Shown: positions 35,970 through 48,305 of the stretch, piece after piece
Layout of the letters: the number at the start of each line of letters is the position of its first letter
Position numbering within the stretch: position 1 is the stretch's first letter
Source: Octopus vulgaris
Lineage: Eukaryota
Length of the DNA: 64,000 nt
Assembly: GCA_951406725.2 (NCBI GenBank)
Contig: OX597824.1
Span: 91,016,001-91,080,000 of the forward strand
Direction: 5' to 3'
Made by a program: the position numbers and the translations under genes
Notes under the pieces: model-generated
The model's database searches: none
What the model saw: only the letters and a program-made list of their open reading frames with translations
Told to the model about the DNA's origin: nothing

Positions 35970-36135
35970 TTACTGCTACTACAGGTACTATTACTATTAG
36001 TATTAACAATCGTCTCGCTTAGTGCTTGTCAATGCAACAAAGAAAACAGCTTTCATTTAAAATTTCCAGCAACTGTCAACGCCCACATATCTTTCATCAG
36101 CATATAAAGATATTTTACAGCTGTTACCGTCAGCT

Positions 36136-36207
36136 TCCCAAGTGGTCTAGTGGTTAGGATTCCGCGCTCTCACCGCGGCGGCCGGGGTTCGATTCCCCGC
36201 TTGGGAA
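36136..36207 (+). tRNA. tRNA-Glu(CTC) copy 1
   Basis: 72-nt cloverleaf: acceptor TCCCAAG/CTTGGGA, anticodon stem CCGCG/CGCGG around CT-CTC-AC, T-arm CGGGG-TTCGATT-CCCCG; T-run downstream. Confidence 0.96.
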
Positions 36208-37040
36208 ATAGCTATTTTATCAAATTTTTTCTTACGTTAACTCTTTTAATTTTTTTTTTTTTTTACTTTGACATTATGATAAACGAATTTTCTTATCATC
36301 CTCCCATCAGTTACGGAGTAATTATATGGCTAAAATACTCTGAATAAATACTGTCATCAAAATGGTGGTAGAGATTTCGTTAGCAAGATTTTTCATGTGA
36401 GTCCGTGTTAAAACATTCTGTTGTATATTGTGGGGCGGTGGCCATTATGCTAACAATAAGCACACTTTCCTGATTCTCTTTCATTTCTTGATTCAGTTGG
36501 TTAACCATTTATCCTATAAACCAATCGATTCTTTTGATTAATGATTTGGTCAATCAATCAACGAATCAACGAGATTTATCAAAGTCCTTTTTGTCACACT
36601 TCGCAACTTACATCGATATAATGACCCTCCCGACATACAATGTTTCAACACAGGAGTTCAAATCAAGAATCTTTCAAACAAAATCAAGAACAAAAATTAA
36701 CAATTCATACCTCGAAATTCCAAGCACGACCATCCCCTACCATTTCTCCACCCTTCGTTACATTATCACTTGATGGTATCTTTATCTTTTACTTGTTAAA
36801 GTCATTGGATAGTGGCCATGCTGGAGCACCGCTTTGAAGGGGTTTCTGTCAGATAATATAACAGTTTTTATGTGTTTGAAGGCTGCTACTTATTCTATCA
36901 ATCGCATTTGCCGCAGCGCTATGTTAGGGGGACGTAGGTAAACTAACACACCTTGTCAAAACGTGGGGTGGGAATGGGGAGAGGGGGAAAACACGATCAC
37001 AAAGACACATACATATACTACGGGCTGCCTCACAGTTTCC

Positions 37041-37632
37041 TTATTTCTTTATTGCCCACAAGGAGCTAAACACAGTGAGGACAAACGGATTAGGTCGATT
37101 ACATCGACCCCAGTGCGTAATTGGTACTTAATTTATCGACCCCGAAAGGATGACAGGCAAAGTCGACCTCGGCGGAATTTGAACTCAGAACATAACGGCA
37201 GACTAAATACCTATTTCTATTTCTTTACTACCCACAAGGGGCAAAACACAGAGAGGACAAACAAGGACAGACAAACGGATTAAGTCGATTACATCAACCC
37301 CAATGCGTAACTGGTACTTATTTAATCGACCCCGAAAGGATGAAAGGCAAAGTCGACCTCAGCGGAATTTGAACTCAGAACGTAGCGGCAAACGAAATAC
37401 CTATTTCTTTACTACCCACAAGGGGCTAAACACAGAGGGGACAAACAAGGACAGACAAACGGATTAAGTCGATTATATCGACCCCAATGCGTAACTGGTA
37501 CTTATTTAATCGACCCCGAAAGGATGAAAGGCAAAGTCGACCTCAGCGGAATTTGAACTCATAACGTAGAGGCAGACGAAATACCGCTAAGCATTTCGCC
37601 CGGCGTGCTAACGTTTCTGCCAGCTCGCTGCC
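37041..37632 (-). mobile_element. SINE family 2 (head GGCAGCGAGCTGGCAGAA...GAGTTCAAATTCC), trimer, nested in a family 1 copy
   Basis: One A-box head + three tandem bodies of ~170-190 bp. Confidence 0.8.
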
Positions 37633-38557
37633 ATACAGTTTCCGTCAACGAAATTCACTCACAACGCATTGGTTAGCATGAGGCTATAGTCGTAGACACT
37701 TGCCCAAGCTACCGCTTAGAGAGACTCTACCCGAAACCACGTGCTCTCGAAGCGAACTTCTTAATCTTTAATCTAAGCCTTGCACGCAATTATTCGGATA
37801 ACTGTCCATAGAATCGATTTCCGTTCTGGGAGCTTATTAAGCGGATTGGGCTGCTGATTGGGTGGTTCGAAGTGCTTGTCACTTGCGATGGTGTTACCAA
37901 CATTAGTCATGCAACTGTAGCTAGCTTTGACGTTTTGTCGTTTAAATAATTTTTCTTTTTTTTTTTTTTGTATGATTAAATATATAACAACCTCGCTTGT
38001 TCTGCTGCGCTGGGGAAACAGAATTGATTTGCTTCTTACAAGATACTGCATAAAGACGATTAATGATTACTAAATCCACGAACTTCGTTAATCTTCTGAA
38101 ATATACAATATAAGACTTTAACGCCGATCTTTAGTTATTTCGAAAATATTCAAACTTAAATAATCATAATATACACAATCATGCGACTAGAATTACCGAC
38201 CTTGACTACGAAATTTGAACTCATTATCATTACTATTGTTTTAATACAATTTATTGCGATATCATTATCGTGACCTGACAGAATGGTTAAGACAACGGAC
38301 TAAATGCTTATCGGCATTTCGTCCGCCCTTATGTTTTGAGATCAAATTCCGCCAAAACTTTGCCTTTCATTCTTTCGAGATAAATAAAATAAGTACCAGT
38401 CATGCACTGCGGTCGATGTAATCGATTTAGATCTCCCCTGAAACTGCCGGCTCTTCGTCAAAATTTGAAGCCATTATTATCAGTCTCTGACGTTGGCACA
38501 AATGGTAATCCGCGGAGTAATAATTATTTTGTTCATTATCGATCGAGTTCGAAAGAC

Positions 38558-38982
38558 GGGGTGAGCTGGCAGAAACGTTAGCACGCCGGGCAAAATGCGT
38601 AGCCGTATTTCGTCTGCCACTACGTTCTGAGTTCAAATTCCGAGGTCGACTTTGCTCCGCCGAGGTCGACTTTGCCTTTCATCCTTTCGGGGTCGATAAA
38701 TAAATTAAGTACCAGTTACGCGCTGGGGTCGATGTAATCGACTTAATCCCTTTGTCTGTCCTTGTTTGTCCCCTCAGTGTTTAGCTCCTCGTGGGTAGTA
38801 AAGAAATAGGTATTTCGTCTGTCTTTACGTTCAGGGTTCAAATTCCGCCGAGGTCGACTTTGCCTTTCATCCTTTCGGGGTCGATAAATCAAGTACCAGT
38901 TGCATACTGAGGTCGATCTAATCGAGTGGCCACCCCCGTCCCCCAAAATTTCGGGCCTTTTGTCTAGAGTAGAAAAGATTAT
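38558..38982 (+). mobile_element. SINE family 2 dimer
   Basis: Head + body/tail A + body/tail B. Confidence 0.8.
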
Positions 38983-39860
38983 TGACCGAGTTTAAATCGT
39001 ACCAGCTGTCTTCGGGATTGCGTTTTTATCCCACTGTTGACGTCCTGGAAACATTTATTACGTTGAGGATCAAGGAGCCACCAATTGACCGTGATACATC
39101 GAAACCCAAGTAGTGTAGTGGGCAGAAACAATGACAGCAACAACAGCAGGGCTTTCCCCTTTGTATATTATATCAGAATAATGTTTGCATCCCTTTAGTG
39201 CCATGTCACCTAAGAGCCTTCCAGTTTGTAGAATTATTTTCTCTTTACAAGTCATTATATATTGTTCAATGCAAAGCAGAGGTTCAAAGTTCAATATTCT
39301 GTTGTAATTATAAAAATAATTAACGACAATTAATGCTAGAAACGCCATACTTTATTCCGAATGAGAAATTTGAAATACGTTCGTAACAATTTCGACAAGC
39401 GTTTGGTTGTTGGTCGAAAACTAGATCTGGCTGCGTGTTGAAACGAGATCTTAGTGTCATGTTTACCAAGCAAAGCGTCAGCAGTTTGTACGAACGTTCA
39501 CGAGCAAAAACACTTTCACTGTAGCTGAACATGTCCCACTTAGTCTACAAAACGTCAAAGCTAGCTACAATTGCATGACTATTGTTGCTTATCGTTTCTA
39601 TTTCATTTCCGTGCACGTTTATTTTTGTACATGTGAAGGCTCGTGGCTTAGTGGTAAGGAAATTCGGCTCACACTCGTAAGGCCGTGAGTTCGATTCCCG
39701 GCGGTGTGTTGTGTCCGTGTGCAAGTCACTTTATTTCACGTTGTGCCAGTTCACTTGGTTGGCAAAAATGAGGAGTACCAGCATTTCAAAGGACCACCCT
39801 TGTCACATTGTGTGTCATGTTCCTTCTTCCTCTACGACTATATTAAAAGTACGCGTGTCT

Positions 39861-39974
39861 GGCCGTATCACGTTGAAAGCACCGGTTCTCGTCCGATCAC
39901 CGAAGTTAAGCAACGTCGAGCCTAGTTAGTACTTAGATGGGTGTCCGCTTGGGAAACCAAGGAGCTGTAAGCGT
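39861..39974 (+). rRNA. 5S rRNA copy, 5'-clipped by ~6 nt, probably a pseudogene/retrocopy
   Basis: GGCCGTATCACGTTGAAAGCACCGGTTCTCGTCCGATCACCGAAGTTAAGCAACGTCGAGCCTAGTTAGTACTT...GCTGTAAGC matches invertebrate 5S. It lacks the 5' strand of helix I and an oligo-T terminator, and has substitutions in the internal promoter region. Confidence 0.88.
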
Positions 39975-39983
39975 CTCACACTT

Positions 39984-40155
39984 GGGCGCAGGAGTGGCTG
40001 TGTGGTAAGTAGCTTGCTTACCAACTACATGGTTCCGGGTTCAGTCCCACTGCGTGGCACCTTGGGTAAGTGTCTTCTACTATAGCCTCGGGCCAACCAA
40101 AGCCTTGTGAGTGGATTTGGTAGACGGAAACCGAAAGAAGCCCGTCATGTATATG

Positions 40156-40237
<82 letters not shown>

Positions 40238-40427
40238 TCCCCCTAATATCGCTTGACAACCGATGCTGGTGTGTTTACGTCCCCGTAACTTAGCGGTTCG
40301 GCAAAATAGACCAATAGAATAAGTACTAGGCTTACAAAGAATTTGTGATTGGTCGATTTGCTCGACTAAAGGCGGTGCTCCAGCATAGCCGCAGTCAAAT
40401 GACTGAAACAAGTAAAAGAGTAAAAGA
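39984..40427 (+). mobile_element. SINE family 1, full length, directly 3' of the 5S copy
   Basis: Homology to 22238-22646. Confidence 0.85.
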
Positions 40428-40829
40428 GGAGTGCTCAGCCACTTAGAGGTTAACTTCACAAGCAGGCTGTTGCGTTAACTGGATTATCTTGAACACTCAT
40501 CGTCGTAACCGACGGAGTAGCGGTTGAATTATATTTATACGTAGGGTTCCTGCAAATACTGTGTTTCAACGTAACTCTTGTTTTTTCTTAATCGCGTTTA
40601 ACCATGGCTACCACTGTCGGTCTCTACTTGGGAGTTGCGTAGAAAGCCAGATAACTGAAACTGGAGTTTGACTTTTCTTGCTTCCATGTGGGCGCAACAA
40701 AATATAGAATATGGCAATCTTTCGGAATACGTCTTAGAATTATCATTATCTTCGTCATTTAACGGCAACTGGATTAGAAACTTTACTTTATCCCTTCCAA
40801 ATATCCTTTTCATAAATCTATTATAGAAT

Positions 40830-41229
40830 ATTCTTTTCTGTTCTAGGTACAAGGATCGAAATTTGGCGGGAGGGGGGGCCAGTCGATTATATCGACCCCA
40901 GAGCATAACTGGTACTTAATTTATCGAAAGGTACGAAAGGATGAAAGGCAGAGTCGACCTCGGTGGAATTTGAACTCAGAACGTAATGACAGACGAAATA
41001 CCCATTTCTTTACTACCCACAAGAGGCTAAACATAGAGTGGACAAACAAGGACAGACAAACAGATTAAGTCGATTATATCGACTTATTTAATCGTACTTA
41101 TTTAATCGACCCTGAAAGGATGAAAGGCAAAGTCGACCTCGGCGGAATTTGAACTCAGAACGTAAAGACTGACGAAATACCGCTAAGCATTTCGCCCGGC
41201 GTACTAACCTTTCTGCCAGCTCGTCGCCT
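40830..41229 (-). mobile_element. SINE family 2 dimer
   Basis: Same architecture as 38558-38982; monomers at 1-195 (-), 6760-6980 (+), 47800-48013 (-). Confidence 0.8.
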
Positions 41230-41518
41230 TTCTTTTACAGAATATTGAACTTCAACTGGATTCAAAGTTTCACTGTTCTCTTTCCATTTAACTGTGAACA
41301 ATTTCTACCCAGACTACAAAAAAGTGGATTCTTCGTCTATATTGGAGGTATAGAAGAATGAAAAATGTCATGTACTCTATTTTCTTGTACTTTATCAAGT
41401 CTACCTTGGCTGAAGATGAAGTAACTTACCTTGCTTAACGTCAGCTTACAAACACAACGATTTACAAGCAGTTACAAATACTTCGGTATATAGTTATTTT
41501 TCGGTCTCGGTGTCAGCT

Positions 41519-41590
41519 TCCCAAGTGGTCTAGTGGTTAGGATTCCGCGCTCTCACCGCGGCGGCCGGGGTTCGATTCCCCGCTTGGGAA
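41519..41590 (+). tRNA. tRNA-Glu(CTC) copy 2
   Basis: Identical to copy 1; TTTT downstream. Confidence 0.96.
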
Positions 41591-41786
41591 CAATCTATTT
41601 TAACTTTTTCCCTTACATCCAGTATTCCGTTGATTTTCTTAAAAGTTTAAACCACGGGTTCTCAACCATTTTTTTCTTCTTCTATGGACCCATTTCATTA
41701 ATATTTTTATTCCGGTGGACTCCCCCCCCCCCCCCAAGCCATTCGATTTATAAAAATACTAATTTTATAGAGATGCAGCACGAATC

Positions 41787-41837
41787 TTTTTCAGTGAACA
41801 GGTCGCGGTCTCAAAGCGACGAAAATATTTTGGCAAA
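41787..41837 (+). ncRNA. minimal hammerhead-like motif, G3:C8 variant, second copy (family C)
   Basis: Same core; stem II GTCGC/GCGAC; helix I partly decayed. Confidence 0.5.
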
Positions 41838-42355
41838 TTATATTTAAAAGTTGAAGTGAATCTAACGGTTTTTTTGTGTGTTTCTTAAATGGCTTATAAA
41901 CACCTTCCACGCTGCAATTGTTTTCGTTCCAGCACAACGATCTCAGATCAGGTCACTTGCTATGCAAGTACATCTCCGAAATTTAACAGAAACTTCTTTT
42001 GAAGTCTGTAAAACGTCAGAGAATGAAATCCCAATGTTTATTGCAATACAGAGCAATACATACGTTCAAAGCAAAACTTATTCAGGCGCCCTCAAAATAC
42101 TAGTGTGGGTTCCCAATTTACTATTCTGTTGCGTGGACCCACAAAAATCATAAAGACCCCAGTTGAGAACCATTGGTTTAAACTGTTTCTCTCATTTAGC
42201 CATTAGCGAAGCAGCAACAGTTTAAATAACAGACTCGATTAATGCGCAGCTGTTACCATCAGGAGTATTATTACATATAAGAATATAATTAGTATATCTT
42301 AATTAATTTCGCTTACATTACCAGGTGATGGTATATGTATATATATATATATATG

Positions 42356-42673
42356 TAGAAAATAGTAAAAAGTGAAAAAACTACAGAAGGCTTGTTTTAA
42401 AAGGTTAAAAAATATATATTTAAGTCAATATGTCTGAAGAATATTATAAATTTATTTAGAACTCTTTTCAACATAAACATAACGATAACTCTTCTCAACA
42501 TAAACATAACGACGTAAGAAATTTGAAAAGCTAAACGCGAAACCGGTCTTTCTTCTAAACTATGTCATTGTAAGAAAAAAAATTATATTCTTCAGACATA
42601 TTGACTCAAATATATATTTTTTAACCTTTTAAAACAAGCCTTCTGTAGTTTTTTCACTTTTTACTATTTTCTA
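42356..42673. repeat. AT-rich foldback element, ~89-bp arms, between (TA)n tracts
   Basis: 42356-42444 vs 42585-42673. Confidence 0.85.
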
Positions 42674-42707
42674 TATATTCAACCACGTACTTTCACAAAC
42701 CAACTTT

Positions 42708-42807
<100 letters not shown>

Positions 42808-43519
42808 CATATATATATATGCATAATAATATATAAATATATGCATATATATATATACATATATGTACATACCTACATATATATGTATATATACATGCAT
42901 ATATGGGTACAGGACAACAAAAAAGACGTTGAACAGAATGAAAAACGAAAAAATAAAAACAAAAACATAGAAAACGAACTTTTTTCGAACAACGAAAAGC
43001 ACAAAGGGAGAAATGAAACATGCGACATAAAGAATATTCCCCTTCTTCAGTTGTCCCTGTTTCATCTACTCCGAGGTTACGAAGGCAAGGACAATATGCG
43101 ACTTCGTTGAAACAATCCTTTCCGCAAAGCAAATTAAATAAAATTTGGGATTTTTTGCGGAGTGTGAAAGTGGTAACAAGAACAGGACAGTGAGAACAAA
43201 CGGTGAGTGCTGTTAATTACCAAATGGCAAGATCAGCTTCGCTTGAGCAGGGGGAGATAATCACAAGATTCAAGAATTCTGGAAGTTAACAAGCTGTTAC
43301 GAAAAAGAACAGGTTCGTTATCTGGAAATAAGACAATCGGGGAGACGTATTTCTGGCTCAATAAGCGTCATTAGCACGACATTTATTCAACCCTATTTCC
43401 TGTTGCCAAACTTCTACAAAAAAAAGAACACATTTAAGTAAAAATAACTAAGAGTGTCCAGTGGAATGTATTTGAGCAACATAGACGAATATTTTGAACA
43501 ATAACTATATTAGAATCTT

Positions 43520-43895
43520 TACTCTACTCTTTTACTCTTTTACTCTTTTACTTGTTTCAGTCATTTGACTGCGGCCATGCTGGAGCACCACCTTTTAGTA
43601 CTTATTCTATCGGTCTCTTTTTGCCGAACCGCTAAGTGACGGGGACGTAAACACACCAGCATCGGTTGTCAAGCAATGCTAGGGGGACAAACACAGGCAC
43701 ACAAACACACACACATATACATATATATACATATATACGACAGGCTTCTTTCAGTTTCCGTCTACCAAATCCACTCACAAGGCATTGGTCGGCCCGGGGC
43801 TATAGCAGAAGACACTTGCCCAAGATGCCACGCAGTGGGACTGAACCCGCAACCGTGTGGTTGGTTAGCAAGCTACTTACCACACAGCCACTCCT
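43520..43895 (-). mobile_element. SINE family 1 with internal deletion
   Basis: Homology to 22238-22646. Confidence 0.8.
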
Positions 43896-44232
43896 ACGTT
43901 GAAGTTTATTAAAGATGATGGGGGGAAAAATACCCTTTCATAAATCTATCGCGGAATACTAAACTTCAACTGGATTCAAAGTGTCTCTGTCCACTTTCCA
44001 TTCAACTGTAAATAATTATATCTACTCTACCCACAAAGAAGCGGACCCTTCTTCCGGATTAGAAAGAAAAAAAATGATGTCATGTACTTTATTTTGCATG
44101 TACTTTATCACGTCAATCTCGACTGAACATGAAGTTACCTACTTTACTTAACGCCAACAGACAACCACAACTCTTTACAAGCACTTACAAATGTTTCTGT
44201 ATATATGAAATTTTCAGCGTTAGTCGACAGCT

Positions 44233-44304
44233 TCCCAAGTGGTCTAGTGGTTAGGATTCCGCGCTCTCACCGCGGCGGCCGGGGTTCGATTCCCCGCTTG
44301 GGAA
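44233..44304 (+). tRNA. tRNA-Glu(CTC) copy 3
   Basis: Identical to copy 1. Confidence 0.96.
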
Positions 44305-45521
44305 AAGCATCTTCTTTTGTGAGTGTGTGTGTTCTTTTCTTTTTCCTTTTGGGTGTATGATAATAACTGGTTTCTATATTTCGTTTTTGTATTCGATTTG
44401 CAAGATTCTTTATGTGAATTCGTATGTTGAAGCATATTTTATTGTGTTTGGGGAGAGCCATTCCCTATTAGTGCCTTACTAATTTAACACACTCACCACT
44501 CTGAGTTCCACTTATTTACTTATTTATTTATTTTTACTAAAACTAATGAATAAGTAAATGAATGGTTTCTTTATTTTCGCCTGAATTATGCGATAATCGT
44601 TCACTTTAAGCAAACTAAATTGATAGTGAAATGTACAAGGATTGCTCTCAAAATAGGGGAAAAAGATTTCGGATGTAAAAACGTAGTTGGGATTTCTAAA
44701 TATCATAATTGTTTTCTTGAAATTATATATTACCGTCGTATTACGAGTTGATGGTATAAACGTTATTATTCGAATAGATATTCATGAAATTCTGATGTGT
44801 CTGGGGAGAGTCATTCTCCGGTGAGTGTGTTAAATAATAAGGCACTAAATGAGAATGGCTCTCCCCAGACACAACAGAATATGCTTCAACACACGAACTC
44901 ATATAAAGAATCTTGCAAACCAAATCCAAAAACGAAATTTTAATGAAATTGGTTTCCAGTATTGGCTTTATGAAGTTATCAACGTGTCAGCTGCTACCTG
45001 TGACGATGGTCCTCGCATCAGTCATACAAGTGAAGCTATCTTTTACGTTTTGTCGGTTAAATAGCGTATATATGATTGAATATAATATTTTTGTATCATT
45101 CACGTATTCTGTCGTGCTTCCCCTCGCCTTTCAACATTACATGAAAGAAAACGATTCACTAAATTCTTTCTTTCAGTAAAAATAATTATTTATGGTTTAT
45201 TATAAATCATAGGATCAAAATTTAATATTATGTGTTATAGTTATAGAAAAGATTAACAATATTCACTGTCCGCTTTCCATTCAACTGTAAATAATTATTT
45301 CTACTCTCCCTACAAAGAAATGGACTCTTCTTCCAGACAGGAGCGAGGCAGTAAAAGATTGAAAAATGACGTCATGTACTTCCCTTTGTTTGTACTTTAT
45401 CATGGCTATGTCGACTGCAGATGAAATAATGCACCATACTTATCAACAAAACAAACACAATGATTGGCAAGAACTTACAAATACTTCAGTATATAGATAT
45501 TTTTCAGTGTCTTTACCATCT

Positions 45522-45593
45522 TCCCAAGTGGTCTAGTGGTTAGGATTCCGCGCTCTCACCGCGGCGGCCGGGGTTCGATTCCCCGCTTGGGAA
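45522..45593 (+). tRNA. tRNA-Glu(CTC) copy 4
   Basis: Identical to copy 1. Confidence 0.96.
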
Positions 45594-46816
45594 AAGCTTC
45601 TTCTTTTGTATGTGTGTGTATTTTTTTTTTTCCTTTTGGGTGTATGATAATAACTGGTTCCTTTATTTCGTTTTTGTATTCGATTTGCAAGATTCCTTAT
45701 GTAAATTTGTGTGTTGAAGCATATTTTATTGTGTCTGGGAAGGGTCATTCACTTTTAGTGCCTTACTAATTTAACACACTCACCAGTCTGAGTTCCACTC
45801 ATTCATTTATTTATTTATTTATTTATTTTTACTAAAACTAATAATTAAGTAAATGAATGGTTTCTTTATTTTCGCCTGAATTATGCGATAATCGTTCACT
45901 TTAAGCAAACTAAATTGATAGTGAAATGTACAAGGATTGCTCTCAAAATAGGGAAAAAGATTTCTGATGTAAAAACGTAGTTGGGATTTCTAAATATCAT
46001 AATTGTTTTCTTGAAATTATATATTATCGTCGTATTACGAGTTGATGGTATAAACGTTATTATTCGAATAGATATTCATGAAATTCTGATGTGTCTGGGG
46101 AGAGTCATTCTCCGGTGAGTGTGTGTTAAATAATAAGGCACTAAATGAGAATGGCTCTCCCCAGACACAACAGAATATGCTTCAACACACGAACTCATAT
46201 AAAGAATCTTGCAAACCAAATCCAAAAACGAAAAATTAATGAAATTGGTTTCCAGTATTGGCTTTATGAAGTTATCGACGTGTCAGCTGCTACCTGTGAC
46301 GATGGTCCTCGCATCAGTCATACAAGTGAAACTATCTTTTACGTTTTGTCGGTTAAATAGCGTATATATGATTGAATATAATATTTTGTATCATTCACGT
46401 ATTCTGTCGTGTTTCCCTTCGCCTTTCAACATTACATGAAAGAAAACGATTCACTAAATTCTTTCTTTAAGTAAAAATAATTATTTATGGTTTATTATAA
46501 ATCATAGGATCAAAATTTAATATTATATATTATAGTTATAGAAAAGATTAACAATATTCACTGTCCGCTTTCCATTCAACTGTAAATAATTATTTCTACT
46601 CTCCCTACATAGAAATGGACTCTTCTTCCAGACAGGAGGGAGGCAGTAAAAGATTGAAAAATGACGTCATGTACTTCCCTTTGCTTGTACTTTATCATGG
46701 CTATGTCGACTGCAGATGAAATAATGCACCAAACTTATCAACAAAACAAACACAATGAGTGGTAAGAACTTACAAATACTTCAATATATAGATATTTTTC
46801 AGTGTCTTTACCATCT

Positions 46817-46888
46817 TCCCAAGTGGTCTAGTGGTTAGGATTCCGCGCTCTCACCGCGGCGGCCGGGGATCGATTCCCCGCTTGGGAA
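46817..46888 (+). tRNA. tRNA-Glu(CTC) copy 5, T54A variant (possible pseudogene)
   Basis: As copy 1 except GGATCGA instead of GGTTCGA (A at 46869). Confidence 0.85.
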
Positions 46889-47214
46889 ACACTTTCTTTT
46901 TATTACACTTGTGAGATAATAACTGATTTTTTTTTCTTTTGTTCTCGCGACGGTAGTTTATGGTTATCTCACACCCCATTAAAAAATTGGGTTTATGAAA
47001 AATATCGGTGCCTTTGGTAATCTCCCTCAACTAAAAAATATTGTTTAACTCTCAATAAAACAAAGAAAAAAAATGAAAGAATTGAGGACGCCAAACATCA
47101 ACAATGTGTTGAAGTATTGAATCAAAAGGACCCAACCCTTTTAATCCCATCTCTTGTCGTCACATAAACTCAGGACATAACCCAATTTTTAATGGCAACT
47201 TTTTAATGGGGTGA

Positions 47215-47416
47215 GGTGGTAAGTAGCTTGTTCACCAACCACATGGTTCCGGGTTCAGTCCCACTGCGTGGCACTTTGGGCAAGTGTCTTCTACTATAGC
47301 CTCGGGCCGACCAAAGCCTTGTGAGTGGATTTGGTAGACAGAAACTGAAAGAAGTCCGTCGTATATATATGTGTGTATATATATATATATATACATGTGT
47401 GTGTGTGTGTGTGTGT

Positions 47417-47452
<36 letters not shown>

Positions 47453-47780
47453 CTGTGTGTCTGTGTGTATGTGTGTGTGTGTATGTGTTTGTGTATCAGT
47501 GTTTGTCCCCCCCAACATCGCTTAACAACCGATGCTGGTATGTTTACGTCCATGTAACTCAGCGGTTCGGCAAAAGAGACCGATAGAAACACAGACACAC
47601 AAACACATACACACACATATACGACGGGCTTCTTTCAGTTTCCATCTACCAAATCCACTGACAAGGCTTTGGTCGGCCCAAGGCTATAGTAGAAGACACT
47701 TGCCCAAGGTGCCACGCAGTGGGACTGAACCCGCAACCATGTGGTTCGTAAGCAACCTACTTACCACACAGCCACTCCTG
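47215..47780. mobile_element. two SINE family 1 copies fused tail-to-tail (+ 47215-47587, - 47590-47780)
   Basis: Homology to 22238-22646 in both orientations. Confidence 0.75.
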
Positions 47781-48305
47781 CTGTCAGAGGACCTCACGAT
47801 TCTTTTCTACTCTAGGCACAAGGCTCGAAATTTTGGGGGAGGTGGCCAGTCGATTAGATCGACCCAGTACGCAACTGGTACTTAATTTATCAACCCAGAA
47901 AGGGATGAAAGGTAAAGTAGACCTGGGCGGAATTTGAACTCAGAACGTAAAGACAGACGAAATACCGCTAAGTATTTCGCCCCGGCGAGATAACGATTCT
48001 GCCAGCTCGTAGCCATTGTTTCAAATTTTGGTGCAAATCTAATATTTTTTAGAGGAATTGGTAAGTCGATTATATCGACCTAGTAACGAATTTGTACATT
48101 CAGTACTCAGTTGGTACTTGTTTTATCGCCCCCGAAAGGTGAAAGTAATGTAAGCTTCGGTGGAATTTGAACTCACAACGTAAAGAGCCAGATAAGTTTG
48201 CTAATTCCCTACCTTTGTAACTTATTCAATAGATTAACCTAATTAGTCACGGGAAGAAAAAGTACTTCCTCATTTATATTTATTTTACAGTTGTTACCGT
48301 CAGCT

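Larger units (their letters stand above)
39637..40518 (+). mobile_element. older family 3-related SINE split by the 5S + SINE1 insertion
   Basis: ...GTACGCGTGTCT | GGAGTGCTCAGCCAC... is colinear with 31381-31410. Confidence 0.7.
44233..46888 (+). repeat. tandem duplication of a ~1.29-kb tRNA-Glu unit
   Basis: tRNA starts spaced 1289 and 1295 bp; spacers nearly identical. Confidence 0.93.

Noticed and set aside
36150-36347. Repeated ORF MVRIPRSHRGGRGSIPRLG
   Set aside because: Translation of the tRNA-Glu gene.
43666-43912. Recurrent ORFs ([22 protein letters not shown]; [19 protein letters not shown]) resembling a gene family
   Set aside because: Antisense translations of SINE family 1.
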